Of a DNA stretch of 64,000 nucleotides, positions 17,379 to 26,808 are shown in pieces. Every line of letters begins with the position of its first letter. The stretch's first letter is position 1. Made by a program: the position numbers and the translations under genes. This stretch comes from Sphingobium sp. (GTDB lineage Bacteria; Pseudomonadota; Alphaproteobacteria; Sphingomonadales; Sphingomonadaceae). The notes beneath the pieces were generated by a model that worked only from the letters and a program-made list of their open reading frames with translations, did not search any database and had not been told where the DNA came from. The stretch covers positions 35,798 to 99,797 of the forward strand of contig JALCRK010000003.1 in assembly GCA_022652485.1 (NCBI GenBank), written 5' to 3'.

Positions 17379-18623
17379 ATGCCCGGGCCTGAGGTCATCA
17401 CCTTCGGGTGCCGCCTCAACATCGCCGAGAGCGAGGCGATGAAGGCGCTTGCGGGAGACGACCCGAACCTCGTCATCATCAACAGCTGCGCCGTGACGGG
17501 CGAGGCGGTGCGGCAGGCGCGGCAGGCAATCCGGCGCACGAAGCGCGAGCGCCCCGATGCCCGCATCGTCGTCACCGGCTGCGGCGCTCAGACCGACCCT
17601 GCCCTTTTTGCCGCCATGCCGGAGGTGGACAGCGTGCTCGGCAATCGGGAAAAACTGGAGCCTGCCGCCTTCGCACCATCAGGCGAGAAAGTGCGCGTCT
17701 CGGACATCATGGCGGTGCGTGAGACTGCGCCGCACATGGTCTCCGCGTTCGCCGATCACACCCGCGCATTCGTGGAAGTGCAGAATGGCTGCGACCATCG
17801 CTGCACCTTCTGCATCATCCCCTATGGCCGGGGCAACAGCCGCTCGGCGCCTGCGGGCGCGGTGATCGACCGTGTGAGGGCGCTGGTCGATGAGGGTTAT
17901 CGCGAGATTGTGCTGACCGGCGTCGATGTCACCAGCTATGGCGCGGATCTGCCTGGCAGCCCGAGCCTCGGCAGCCTGGTCGAGCGCATTCTGGCACAAG
18001 TTCCAGCGCTCCCCCGCCTGCGCCTGTCCTCGATCGACAGCGTCGAGATCGACGAGCGGCTGTTCGCGCTGCTGACGGACGAGCCGCGCGTGATGCCGCA
18101 TGTGCACCTCTCGCTCCAATCCGGCGACGACATGATATTGAAGCGCATGAAGCGCCGCCACACCCGCGCAGACGCGATCCGCATTGTCGAGCGGCTGCTG
18201 GTCGCACGCCCTGAGATCAGCATCGGCGCGGACATCATCGCCGGGTTCCCGACCGAGACGGAGGAGATGTTCGCCAACTCCCTCGCGCTGGTGGAAGAAT
18301 GCCGTATCGTCCACGGCCACATCTTCCCCTATTCCCCCCGCACGGGAACGCCCGCCGCGCGGATGCCGCAGGTCGACCGCGCAACGGTCAAGGCCCGCGC
18401 CGCCGCCTTGCGCAGAGCGTGCGGAGACAACCGCGCGCGCTGGCTCGCCTCGCTGGTCGGCTCGCGCCAGCAGGTGCTGGTCGAAAGCGGCGGAACATCG
18501 GGCCATTCCGCGAATTTTGCCCCCGTGCGCCTGCCCACCCCCAAAAAACGCGGAGAAATCGTCGCTGCGACCATCGCCGGGGTTGAGAATGGCGCGCTGA
18601 TCGCGCAAGAGATCGCGACATGA
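17379..18623 (+). CDS. mtaB: radical-SAM methylthiotransferase MtaB (MiaB-like tRNA-modifying enzyme)
   Basis: TFGCRLNIAESE, a radical-SAM CxxxCxxC (NGCDHRCTFCIIP), a TRAM-like C-terminus, and the conserved dapF-mtaB-ftsY synteny. Confidence 0.85.
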   Translation: MPGPEVITFGCRLNIAESEAMKALAGDDPNLVIINSCAVTGEAVRQARQAIRRTKRERPDARIVVTGCGAQTDPALFAAMPEVDSVLGNREKLEPAAFAPSGEKVRVSDIMAVRETAPHMVSAFADHTRAFVEVQNGCDHRCTFCIIPYGRGNSRSAPAGAVIDRVRALVDEGYREIVLTGVDVTSYGADLPGSPSLGSLVERILAQVPALPRLRLSSIDSVEIDERLFALLTDEPRVMPHVHLSLQSGDDMILKRMKRRHTRADAIRIVERLLVARPEISIGADIIAGFPTETEEMFANSLALVEECRIVHGHIFPYSPRTGTPAARMPQVDRATVKARAAALRRACGDNRARWLASLVGSRQQVLVESGGTSGHSANFAPVRLPTPKKRGEIVAATIAGVENGALIAQEIAT

Positions 18624-19552
18624 GTGATACTGCACCCAAAAGCTGGCGCGAAAAGCTGTTCGGCGGCCTGAAGCGCACGTCGGAGAAGCTGGGCGAGAAT
18701 CTCGGCGTGCTGTTTGCCAAGCCGCTCGATGCGCAGACGCTGGACGAGATCGAGGAAGCGCTGATTGTCTCGGACCTGGGACCAGCAATGGCGATGCGTA
18801 TCCGCGACCGGCTTGAGGACACGCGCCACAGCCGCCCGATCACAGAGGAATATGTCCGCGAGGTAATTACCGAGGAAGTGGAAAAGGTCTTGAAGCCGGT
18901 CGCTAAACCGCTCGAATTCAAGCCCATGAAGCCGCATGTCATCCTTGTCATCGGCGTAAATGGCTCTGGCAAGACGACGACCATCGCCAAGCTCGCCAAG
19001 CGGTTTCAGGAGCAGGGCCGCAGCGTGATGCTGGCGGCGGGCGACACCTTCCGCGCGGCGGCCATCGGGCAATTGAAGATCTGGGCAGAGCGGATCGGCG
19101 TACCCATCGTCTCCGGCAAGGAGGGCGGCGACGCGGCAGGCCTTGCGTTCTCCGCCGTGCAGCAGGCGATTGAGCAGGGCATCGACATATTGATCGTCGA
19201 TACCGCAGGCCGCCTCCAGAACCGTACCGAGCTGATGGATGAGCTGGCGAAGATCCGCCGCGTGCTGGGACGGCTTGATCCCGCCAGCCCGCACGACGTC
19301 GTGCTGGTGCTCGATGCGACCTCGGGCAACAATGTCCTTTCCCAGATCGAGGTATTTCGCGATGTCGCGCAGGTTACGGGCCTAGTGATGACCAAGCTTG
19401 ATGGCACCGCGCGCGGTGGAATGCTGGTCGCTGCGGCGGAGAAATACGGCCTCCCTATCCACGCCATCGGCGTCGGCGAAACTATCGACGACCTGCGCCC
19501 GTTCGACCCCGCCGACATGGCCAAAGCCATTGCTGGAAGCGCCTATGCCTGA
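18620..19552 (+). CDS. ftsY: signal recognition particle receptor FtsY
   Basis: VIGVNGSGKTTTIAKLA, DTFRAAA, DTAGRLQN, TKLDGTARGG. Confidence 0.95.
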   Translation: MSDTAPKSWREKLFGGLKRTSEKLGENLGVLFAKPLDAQTLDEIEEALIVSDLGPAMAMRIRDRLEDTRHSRPITEEYVREVITEEVEKVLKPVAKPLEFKPMKPHVILVIGVNGSGKTTTIAKLAKRFQEQGRSVMLAAGDTFRAAAIGQLKIWAERIGVPIVSGKEGGDAAGLAFSAVQQAIEQGIDILIVDTAGRLQNRTELMDELAKIRRVLGRLDPASPHDVVLVLDATSGNNVLSQIEVFRDVAQVTGLVMTKLDGTARGGMLVAAAEKYGLPIHAIGVGETIDDLRPFDPADMAKAIAGSAYA

Positions 19553-20195
19553 GACTGCCTCCCCCCAATCGCCCGCCCCGCAAGCGAAAGCGAAGAACGC
19601 CAATCTCAGCCTCGCGCTCGATTTCGGCCCGCTGCTCGTTTTCTTCGTCGGCTTCAAGCTCATCGGCATGATCGCGGGCACCGCCCTCTTCATGGTGACG
19701 ATCACGCTCGCGGTGCTGATTTCGAAATGGAAGCTCGGCAAGGTCTCACCGATGCTGTGGTTGTCCGCCATTCTCGTCGTTTTTTTCGGTGGGCTGACAA
19801 TCTATTTCAATGACCAGCGCTTCATCCAGATCAAGCCGACGATCATTTACAGCTTTTTCGCGGTGCTGCTTCTCGGCGGACTGGCGAAGGGCAAGCCGCT
19901 GCTCAAATATCTGTTGCAGGCGGCCTATGACGGCCTCGACGAGACCGGCTGGCGCAAGCTCTCGCGTAACTGGGCGATCTTCTTCATTTTCATGGCCATC
20001 GCCAACGAAGCGATGCGCGCGAGCATGAACTTCGATACCTGGCTCACGGTCAAGGTTTGGGGCGTGACGATCGTGTCGTTCGTGTTTGCCGCCGCTAACA
20101 TTCCGATGCTGATGAAACACGGGCTGGTGCTGGACAAGCAGTCACCCGCTGCCGCCGAAACCGCAGTCGCGCAAGGTGACGCACCGCAGGGTTAA
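19545..20195 (+). CDS. yciB: intracellular septation protein A (YciB/IspZ family)
   Basis: Multi-pass membrane protein: LDFGPLLVFFVGFK.., IKPTIIYSFFAVLLLGG.., WRKLSRNWAIFF. ATG at 19545 overlaps the ftsY stop. Confidence 0.8.
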   Translation: MPETASPQSPAPQAKAKNANLSLALDFGPLLVFFVGFKLIGMIAGTALFMVTITLAVLISKWKLGKVSPMLWLSAILVVFFGGLTIYFNDQRFIQIKPTIIYSFFAVLLLGGLAKGKPLLKYLLQAAYDGLDETGWRKLSRNWAIFFIFMAIANEAMRASMNFDTWLTVKVWGVTIVSFVFAAANIPMLMKHGLVLDKQSPAAAETAVAQGDAPQG

Positions 20196-20256
20196 AGCTT
20201 TTGTTTTTGCCGCGATTTCTGAATCGTCAAATGAAACCATTTGACAGGAAATCGCT

Positions 20257-21585
20257 CTATTCGCCGCTGATTGGCCCCGGCTCGTTGGCGACGATGCCGA
20301 GCACCGCTGCCCATGCCGCCACATTCTGCTCCAGCTGCGAGGGGTCGATCTTGTCGAGCGTGTCATCCGGTGTGTGATGAATGTCGAAATAGCGGGTACC
20401 GTCCTGTTGGAGGTCGATCACAGCCGTCTTTTGCCGAGTCATGATCCCTTCGACATCGGTGCCGCCATGCGGCTCACCTGCCGAGAACACGATCCCCAGC
20501 GGAGTGAGCGCCGCAACGATGCGGTCGCCCAGCGCCTTGTTGGCGGGGGCGAACTTCGTCTTCACCGCCCACACCCGGTCAGCACCGAAATCGCTCTCCA
20601 TCGCCAGTGCGTGAGGCTCCCCGCCGTGGCGCTTGGCATAATCCTCTCCGCCGAAGCCGCCCAGCTCCTCGCTCCCCGCCCATAGCACACGGATGGTGCG
20701 CAGTGGCTTGCCGCCCGCCTGCGTCCGCAGCGCCGCCGCCGTCACGATGGCGCAGCCCGCCCCATCGTCGATTGCGCCGGTGCCGAGATCCCAGCTGTCG
20801 AGATGGCACGCAACGAGGATCGGCGACAGCGAAGGGTCACGCCCCGGCAGATCGCCGATCACATTGCCCGAGGGCATGGCATCCTGCGCATGGCCGGTCA
20901 GCGTCAGCGCGATGCGCATCGGCTTGTTCGTGGCGGCGATACGCGCGACGATATCGGCATCGGGATTGGAGATCGCAGCCGCCGGAATCGGTTTCACGCC
21001 ATCCGGGACATTCATCACGCCGGCGTGGGGATTGCGGTGTGCGTCCGTGCCGACCGAGCGGATGACGATGCCCAGGGCGCCCTTTTGCGCGGCGATGGCC
21101 GGCCCCTTGCGGCGGACATCGCCATAAGGACCATAACCGCTGCCGTCCTGATTGGCCTTCATCGCATGATCGACAAAGGCGATCCTGCCCGTGAGCGATC
21201 CATCGGGCGCCGCCTTCAAGGCAGCGAGGGTCGGGAAATAGACCATTTCCCCCTCGATCCCCTTGGGTGGCGTAGCCCCGCTATAGCCGAGCGCCGTGAC
21301 CGCGAAATCGTGCGGATAGGGCGCCATCAGCCGGGCCTTGTCGACCCCACGCACATAGCCGCGTATCGTGAAAGGCTCGATCACCACATTGGTGAAGCCG
21401 AGCGCGGTGAGCCGCGCCTTCGCCCACTCGCGCGCGGCCGCCTCGGTTGGCGTACCGGCGAGGCGAGGGCCGATTTCGGTGGTGAGACCGGCAACGATAT
21501 CCCAGGCCAGCGTCTTGTCATCACCTGCAGCCTGGGCAGGGGCACAGGCCAGCAGGGCGGCCGCGAAACAGAGAGTCTTTTTCAT
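20257..21585 (-). CDS. secreted M28-family metallopeptidase
   Basis: Signal peptide MKKTLCFAAALLACAPAQA. ILVACHLDSWDLGTGAIDDGAGCAIV and WAGSEELGGFG are M28 zinc-ligand blocks. Confidence 0.8.
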   Translation of the reverse strand: MKKTLCFAAALLACAPAQAAGDDKTLAWDIVAGLTTEIGPRLAGTPTEAAAREWAKARLTALGFTNVVIEPFTIRGYVRGVDKARLMAPYPHDFAVTALGYSGATPPKGIEGEMVYFPTLAALKAAPDGSLTGRIAFVDHAMKANQDGSGYGPYGDVRRKGPAIAAQKGALGIVIRSVGTDAHRNPHAGVMNVPDGVKPIPAAAISNPDADIVARIAATNKPMRIALTLTGHAQDAMPSGNVIGDLPGRDPSLSPILVACHLDSWDLGTGAIDDGAGCAIVTAAALRTQAGGKPLRTIRVLWAGSEELGGFGGEDYAKRHGGEPHALAMESDFGADRVWAVKTKFAPANKALGDRIVAALTPLGIVFSAGEPHGGTDVEGIMTRQKTAVIDLQQDGTRYFDIHHTPDDTLDKIDPSQLEQNVAAWAAVLGIVANEPGPISGE

Positions 21586-21629
21586 GGCACAGGCCTATCA
21601 TCCCGCGCTCGCGCTGCCAATCGTCGCCC

Positions 21630-21661
21630 TGAAAAAGAAAGAGCCGCCCGGAGGCGGCTCT
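21630..21661 (-). terminator. rho-independent terminator of sodB
   Basis: On the minus strand, AGAGCCGCC-TCCG-GGCGGCTCT is followed by TTCTTTTTC. Confidence 0.7.
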
Positions 21662-21685
21662 TGCAAAGACTGGATCAGGCCAAGA

Positions 21686-22312
21686 TCAGGCCATTTCCTC
21701 CGCCTTCTGGTCGGCGCGCTCGACGCCGCGGCCATCGAGGTTCTGAGAGACGAAATCCCAGTTGATCGCGTTTTTCAGCAGCGCCTCGGCATAGTTCGGG
21801 CGCGCATTGCGATAGTCGATATAATAGGCATGTTCCCACACATCGAGGATGAAGAGCGGCTGCACGCCCTCATAGGCGACCGGGGTGTCGGCGTCATGAT
21901 AGGAGGTGACTTCGAGCTTGCCGTCCTTCAGGACCAACGCGGCCCAGCCGGAGGCGAAATGGCCGACCGCCTCGGCCTTCAGCTTCTCGAGCAGCGCGTC
22001 CGTTGAGCCAAAAGCCTCATCGATCTTGGCCTTTAATTCGGCACTCGGCTGAGTCTTTTCGGGGCTGAGGCAGAGCCAGTAAAAGCTGTGATTCCATATC
22101 TGGCCGACCTGATTGAACAGAACACCCTTGGACGAACGGATCAGCTCCGCCAGCGATTTTCCTTGCAGCGCAGCATCGGCCGCAATCAGTTCGTTCGCCT
22201 TGGTGACATAGGCCTGATGATGTTTGCCATGATGATAATCGAATGTTTCCGCCGAGATGAGATCGCCGAAAGCGTCCTTGGAGTAAGGCAATTCGGGGAG
22301 GTTGAAGGCCAT
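21686..22312 (-). CDS. sodB: Fe-type superoxide dismutase
   Basis: MAFNLPELPYSKDAF..HHGKHHQAYV, GQIWNHSFYW (Fe-SOD type), DVWEHAYYIDYRN. ATG at 22312 within the longer track ORF. Confidence 0.95.
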   Translation of the reverse strand: MAFNLPELPYSKDAFGDLISAETFDYHHGKHHQAYVTKANELIAADAALQGKSLAELIRSSKGVLFNQVGQIWNHSFYWLCLSPEKTQPSAELKAKIDEAFGSTDALLEKLKAEAVGHFASGWAALVLKDGKLEVTSYHDADTPVAYEGVQPLFILDVWEHAYYIDYRNARPNYAEALLKNAINWDFVSQNLDGRGVERADQKAEEMA

Positions 22313-22542
22313 GATAAAAGGTCCTGTCCTGGGGTTGATGATGGAATGCGCCGCCCTGAAAACGCCTGACGGCACCAAAATGTCCGCCCCATTTAGGAAA
22401 TTTGTGTTGCCACGCAACATACCGAATCGCGGTATCGCAGCGCCGGCGATTAACCGTGTGACAATCCAGCCCCCATCGCCTAGACTGGCCCCGGCAGAGC
22501 AACGGCTCGCCGTGTTTTTCGAATACTCTCCTGGGGGAAGCC

Positions 22543-23109
22543 ATGACGAAATTTTTTGCAAATCTTCATATGGTGCTGGCAGCGGGCGTCCTGCTCGCGA
22601 TTGTGGTGATGTTCGGCGCCCATGCCGACATGGTGACGGCCAACGCGGTGTTCCGCTGGCTCCATCTGTTCTTTGGTGTGACGTGGATCGGCCTGCTTTA
22701 TTATTTCAACTTCGTGCAGATCCCGACCATGCCCAAGATTCCGGCGGAGCTGAAACCCGCCGTCGGCAAGCATATCGCCCCGGCCGCCCTGTTCTTCTTC
22801 CGCTGGGGCGCCGCGTTCACGGTGCTGACCGGCCTGATTGTCGCGCATCTCTCCGGCTATCTGGTGCAGGCGCTGACCTTCTCGGATCCGAACTTCAAGC
22901 TGATCGGCATCGGCATGTGGCTGGCGCTCATCATGGCGTTCAACGTCTGGTTCGTGATCTGGCCCGCACAGAAGCGCGCGCTGGGCATTGTCGAGGCCGA
23001 TGACGCGACCAAGGCTGCGGCGGCGACCCGCGCGATGATCTTCTCGCGCACCAACACGCTGCTCTCGCTGGCGATGTTCTATTGCATGGTGAACGCCAAC
23101 AACGGCTGA
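22543..23109 (+). CDS. conserved multi-pass membrane protein (resembles the urate hydroxylase PuuD N-terminal membrane domain)
   Basis: 4-5 hydrophobic spans. FRWLHLFFGVTWIGLLYYFNFVQ resembles the PuuD-type N-domain from memory. Function not established. Confidence 0.6.
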   Translation: MTKFFANLHMVLAAGVLLAIVVMFGAHADMVTANAVFRWLHLFFGVTWIGLLYYFNFVQIPTMPKIPAELKPAVGKHIAPAALFFFRWGAAFTVLTGLIVAHLSGYLVQALTFSDPNFKLIGIGMWLALIMAFNVWFVIWPAQKRALGIVEADDATKAAAATRAMIFSRTNTLLSLAMFYCMVNANNG

Positions 23110-23127
23110 TCCACCGTATTACTTTCG

Positions 23128-23160
23128 AAAAGGGCGTCCTACGATGTGGGGCGCCCTTTT
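23128..23160. terminator. bidirectional terminator hairpin between convergent genes
   Basis: AAAAGGGCGTCC-loop-GGGCGCCCTTTT. T-runs are available on both strands. It abuts the pspF stop. Confidence 0.6.
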
Positions 23161-24162
23161 CTATGTTTGCAGCAATCCGTGCCTACGCAGGCAGTGGCGA
23201 AACTGGTCGTAGCTGAGCTTGAGCGCCTTTGCGGCGGCGCGCTGGTTGTGGCGATGACGCACCAGCGCTTCCTCGACCAGCGAGCGCTCGTAAGCCGCGA
23301 CGGCGCTTTTAAGATCGTCGACAATGGGTGTGGGCTCCGCATCGGGTACGCTTGCCACCTTGGGCGGCGCTTCCACCATAGATGCAGGCGCCCAGGGCGA
23401 GGCGAACGGATCGAACGTCAGGCTATCCACCGGCCCATCCTCCTCCTGCCAGCGATAGACCGCGCGCTCAACCACGTTGCGCAGCTCGCGCACATTGCCC
23501 GGCCAGCGATATGCCTCCATCGCCGCCATCACCGCATCCGAAAAACCGGGCCAGCGCAGCCAGCCGATCTCCGACGCCATCCGCCGCCCGAAATGATCGG
23601 CCAATACAGCCACATCCCCGTCACGCGCCCGCAACGGCGGCAGGGTGATCACCTCGAAACTCAAGCGATCGAGCAGGTCGGCGCGGAAGCTGCCCCTGTC
23701 CGCTGCGGCAGGGAGGTTCTCATTGGTGGCGGCTACAATGCGTACATTTACGGTGACCGGCCGCGACGCACCGATCCGTGTCACCTCGCCATATTCGACC
23801 ACACGCAGCAGCCGCTCCTGCGCCGCCATCGAGAGCGTGCCAAGCTCGTCGAGAAACAATGTGCCGCCGTCCGCCTCCTCGAACCGCCCTGCCCGCGCCC
23901 GCGTCGCCCCGGTAAAGGCGCCCGCCTCATGGCCGAACAGCTCCGCTTCGATCAGCGTCTCCGGCAGCGCCGCGCAGTTCATCGTCACCAGCGGCTTGTC
24001 CCAGCGCGCGGAGAGATGGTGGAGGCGCTGGGCGATCAGTTCCTTGCCCGTACCGCGCTCGCCGATCACCAGCACGGGCCGGTCCAGCGCGGCCGCCCGC
24101 CCCGCCAGCTCGATCGCGTCGAGGAAGGGCAGTGACTGACCAATGAAGCTCTGGCGTTCCAT
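23161..24162 (-). CDS. pspF: sigma54-dependent transcriptional activator PspF (AAA+ only, no receiver domain)
   Basis: GERGTGKE (Walker A), GAFTGA loop (EAGAFTGA), FLDELG, a C-terminal Fis-type HTH. Adjacent to pspABC. Confidence 0.9.
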   Translation of the reverse strand: MERQSFIGQSLPFLDAIELAGRAAALDRPVLVIGERGTGKELIAQRLHHLSARWDKPLVTMNCAALPETLIEAELFGHEAGAFTGATRARAGRFEEADGGTLFLDELGTLSMAAQERLLRVVEYGEVTRIGASRPVTVNVRIVAATNENLPAAADRGSFRADLLDRLSFEVITLPPLRARDGDVAVLADHFGRRMASEIGWLRWPGFSDAVMAAMEAYRWPGNVRELRNVVERAVYRWQEEDGPVDSLTFDPFASPWAPASMVEAPPKVASVPDAEPTPIVDDLKSAVAAYERSLVEEALVRHRHNQRAAAKALKLSYDQFRHCLRRHGLLQT

Positions 24163-24264
24163 ATCGCTACTATATGGCGCATTTTACTAACTATTTGTAT
24201 ATTATTTTTACTGCCTTATCTGCAGAAACGTAGAAATCCTTGAATTTCGGCTATTTTCTGAAAT

Positions 24265-24280
24265 TGGCACGCCCCCTGCA
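24265..24280 (+). promoter_or_regulatory. sigma54 (-24/-12) promoter TGGCACG-N4-CTGCA
   Basis: TGGCAC at 24265-24270 and GC of CTGCA at 24278-24279, so GG to GC spacing is 12 nt. It lies ~70 nt upstream of the TonB-like gene and is preceded by an AT-rich tract. Confidence 0.6.
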
Positions 24281-24349
24281 ATAGAGTGAGCATGGCTCGA
24301 AACGATCGGGTCACAGATTTTCGGAACACATATCAACAGGGGATTTTTT

Positions 24350-24814
24350 ATGACCAACGCCGTTTTCATCCGCACCGCCGCCGCGCTGTTCGCCACCGGC
24401 ATGACCTTCATCACCTTCTCTTCGGCTCAGGCCGAGACCAATGCAGACTACCGTGCCAGCGTCGAAAAGAGCATTGATGCGCAGCTGCGGATGCCGGAAG
24501 CCGGCCTTGCGGGGCGTCATGGCACCGCGACGCTTGCGGTCGTCGTCGACGCCAGCGGCCGGGTCGAAAGCATCAAGCTGCTGAAGTCGGCCGGCTTCGC
24601 CAACTTCGACCGCGAGGCAATCCGTACCGCCAGCCGCGTATCCTACCCTGCTTCAGCCAATGGTCGCACTGTCGCGATGGTACTCGGCTTCAACGAGGCG
24701 GTTACCAGCAAGGCGCAGGCCGAAGGCGGCGCGATCGTGACCGCCTGGGCTGATGAACAGGATCGCAAGGTCCGCCTTGCCCAACAGACGACCGCCCAGC
24801 AACCCGACAGCTGA
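24350..24814 (+). CDS. periplasmic TonB C-terminal domain protein
   Basis: Signal peptide ..FSSAQA. ATLAVVVDASGRVESIKLLKSAGFANFDREAIRTASRVSYP is a TonB_C fold signature. Confidence 0.75.
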   Translation: MTNAVFIRTAAALFATGMTFITFSSAQAETNADYRASVEKSIDAQLRMPEAGLAGRHGTATLAVVVDASGRVESIKLLKSAGFANFDREAIRTASRVSYPASANGRTVAMVLGFNEAVTSKAQAEGGAIVTAWADEQDRKVRLAQQTTAQQPDS

Positions 24815-24850
24815 GCGTTCTTTGGGGGTGCGGAACCGAACTCCCATAAC

Positions 24851-24893
24851 GCCGGGGCGGAGAACATTTCCGTCCCTTGCGCTCCGCCCCGGC
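24851..24893. repeat. GC-rich 12-bp stem-loop GCCGGGGCGGAG-N19-CTCCGCCCCGGC between the TonB-like gene and pspA
   Basis: Read directly. There is no T-run after it on either strand. Confidence 0.6.
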
Positions 24894-24929
24894 AAATGCG
24901 CATAATGAATGTACAGGAGTAATTTCGAC

Positions 24930-25634
24930 ATGGGTATTTTTTCCCGCACCCGCGACATCATCGCCGCCAATATGACGGACATGCTGGATCGCGCCGAAGA
25001 CCCGGCCAAGATGATCCGCATGATCATCCTCGAAATGGAGGAGACTCTGGTGGAAGTGCGGGCATCCGCCGCCCGCACCATTGCCGACCAGAAGGAAATG
25101 CGCCGGGCAATCGGCAAGCTGGAGGTGGCGCAGGCGAGCTGGACCGAAAAGGCCGCGCTCGCGCTCTCCAAGGACCGCGAGGATCTGGCCAAGGCCGCTC
25201 TGGTCGAGAAGCAGAAAGCCGCCGACATGGCAGCGCAGCTTGAGGGAGAGATCACCGAGCTGGACGATGCCCTCCAGGCCGCCGAGGATGATATCGCCAA
25301 GCTTCAGGCCAAGCTGCAGGAAGCGCGCACCCGCCAGAATGCGCTGGTTAAGCGTATGGAAGGCGCGCAGAACCGTCTGCGCCTGCGGGAAATGTACGCC
25401 GGTGAACGGACCCGCGAGGCATTTGCCCGCTTCGAGCTTCTCGAGCGCCGTGTGGACCTGGCTGAGGGCCATGCCGAGGCGATGAAGATGGGCGGGCAGC
25501 CCAAGACGCTGGAAGAGGAAATCGCCGAGTTGCGCATGAGCGACAAGGTGGAGGAAGAGCTGGCGGCCCTGAAGGCGGCGCAGCAAGGTGGCGCCGGTAC
25601 CCCCGCCCAGAAGGAGGACGACGCACATGGATGA
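24930..25634 (+). CDS. pspA: phage shock protein A
   Basis: MGIFSRTRDIIAANMTDMLDRAEDPAKMIRMIILEMEETLVEVR. Coiled-coil PspA/IM30. AGGAG 11 nt upstream. Confidence 0.93.
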   Translation: MGIFSRTRDIIAANMTDMLDRAEDPAKMIRMIILEMEETLVEVRASAARTIADQKEMRRAIGKLEVAQASWTEKAALALSKDREDLAKAALVEKQKAADMAAQLEGEITELDDALQAAEDDIAKLQAKLQEARTRQNALVKRMEGAQNRLRLREMYAGERTREAFARFELLERRVDLAEGHAEAMKMGGQPKTLEEEIAELRMSDKVEEELAALKAAQQGGAGTPAQKEDDAHG

Positions 25635-25899
25635 GAGCTTTCTCGCCGTACCAATCATCGGCATCATATTCATCGGCCTGCCGTGGGTGGTCCTCCACTA
25701 TCTCACCAAATGGAAGACCGCCTCCAGCCTGACCCGCGAGGATGAAAACATGCTCGACAGCCTGTACGACACAGCGCGCCGGCTGGAGGAACGCCTCATC
25801 ACGGTCGAACGAATCGTCGCCGCCGACCATCCCGACTTCAAACCCACCACTTCTGGCGCGGTAGACACCGATCCCGTCGCCTATCGCAGGAGCAACTGA
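25627..25899 (+). CDS. pspB: phage shock protein B
   Basis: A single TM segment (FLAVPIIGIIFIGLPWVVLHY) then EDENMLDSLYDTARRLEERL. 8-nt overlap with pspA. Confidence 0.85.
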   Translation: MDESFLAVPIIGIIFIGLPWVVLHYLTKWKTASSLTREDENMLDSLYDTARRLEERLITVERIVAADHPDFKPTTSGAVDTDPVAYRRSN

Positions 25900-25900
25900 C

Positions 25901-26281
25901 ATGAGCGCGCGCCGCACCAAATATTATCTCGACAAGTCCAACGGCAAGTGGATGGGCGTCTGCTCGGGCCTTGCGGACTATACCGGCATCGATGTGCTGT
26001 GGATTCGCGTTGGCGTGATCGTCCTCACGATAATGGGCGGTTTCCCCTGGACGCTGATCGCCTATTTCGTGACCGCATGGCTGGCCGAACCGAAGCCCTA
26101 CGGCCTCTACGAGGATGCCGAAGAGGCCCGCTTCTGGCAGGGCGTCCGCGCCAACCCGTCCCGCACTGCGCGCGACGTGCGCTCGCGCTTCCGCGACATC
26201 GACCGCCGCCTGTCCGACATCGAGGTGCATTACACCAGTGCCAACAGCCGCCTCGCACGCGAGATCGACAGCCTGAAATAA
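25901..26281 (+). CDS. pspC: phage shock protein C
   Basis: KYYLDKSNGKWMGVCSGLADYTGIDVLWIRVGVIV is the PspC domain. Confidence 0.9.
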   Translation: MSARRTKYYLDKSNGKWMGVCSGLADYTGIDVLWIRVGVIVLTIMGGFPWTLIAYFVTAWLAEPKPYGLYEDAEEARFWQGVRANPSRTARDVRSRFRDIDRRLSDIEVHYTSANSRLAREIDSLK

Positions 26282-26304
26282 GCGCCTGCCAACAGGGGAT
26301 TGCC

Positions 26305-26342
26305 GGGGAGAGGGAAGCAAAGCCTTCCCTCTCCCTTTTTTG
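26305..26342 (+). terminator. rho-independent terminator of the psp operon
   Basis: GGGGAGAGGGAAG-CAAAG-CCTTCCCTCTCCC followed by TTTTTTG. Confidence 0.75.
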
Positions 26343-26359
26343 CCTTTATAGGGTACGGA

Positions 26360-26764
26360 ATGACCGCGCTTTCCGACATTTACGAGGAATATGAATTTCT
26401 CGAGCCTGACGACCGCTATCGCCTGTTGATCGACCTCGGCCGAGCGCTGGAACCGATGCCCGCCGCCTTGAAGACCGACGCCACTTTGGTGCGAGGCTGC
26501 TCTGCCGCCGTCTGGGTCTACCCGCAGCGCATGGACGACGGACGGCTGCATTTCCTTGCCGACAGCAACGCCGCGATCACCAAGGGCATCATCGCGCTGG
26601 TACTGAAGACGGTGCAGGACCGCACGGCGCAGGAGGTCGCGACCGCCGACATCGAAGGCGCGCTGACCCCATTCGACCTCAAGAACCAGCTTTCCTCCAA
26701 CCGCACGCAGGGCATTCCCAACATGATCGCCCTCATCCGCGAGACCGCCGCGCGCTATTTGTAA
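26360..26764 (+). CDS. sufE: cysteine desulfuration protein SufE
   Basis: [17 protein letters not shown].., [11 protein letters not shown] (active-site Cys), SNRTQGI. Confidence 0.9.
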   Translation: MTALSDIYEEYEFLEPDDRYRLLIDLGRALEPMPAALKTDATLVRGCSAAVWVYPQRMDDGRLHFLADSNAAITKGIIALVLKTVQDRTAQEVATADIEGALTPFDLKNQLSSNRTQGIPNMIALIRETAARYL

Positions 26765-26808
26765 GCAAGGACTGGCGCTTGGGCCGCGACCGTCCCATAT
26801 GGAGCCGC

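Noticed and set aside
17679-24135. Several 300-370-aa antisense ORFs (17679-18788 -, 18329-19294 -, 20803-21765 +, 23146-24135 +)
   Set aside because: Each lies opposite a confidently identified gene (mtaB, ftsY, the M28 peptidase, pspF) and encodes Arg/Pro/Gly-rich sequence without motifs.
24815-24929. Second sigma54 promoter directly upstream of pspA
   Set aside because: There is no GG-N10-GC element with flanking TGGCAC/TTGC-like context. GGCA at 24891-24894 has TA, not GC, at the -12 position.
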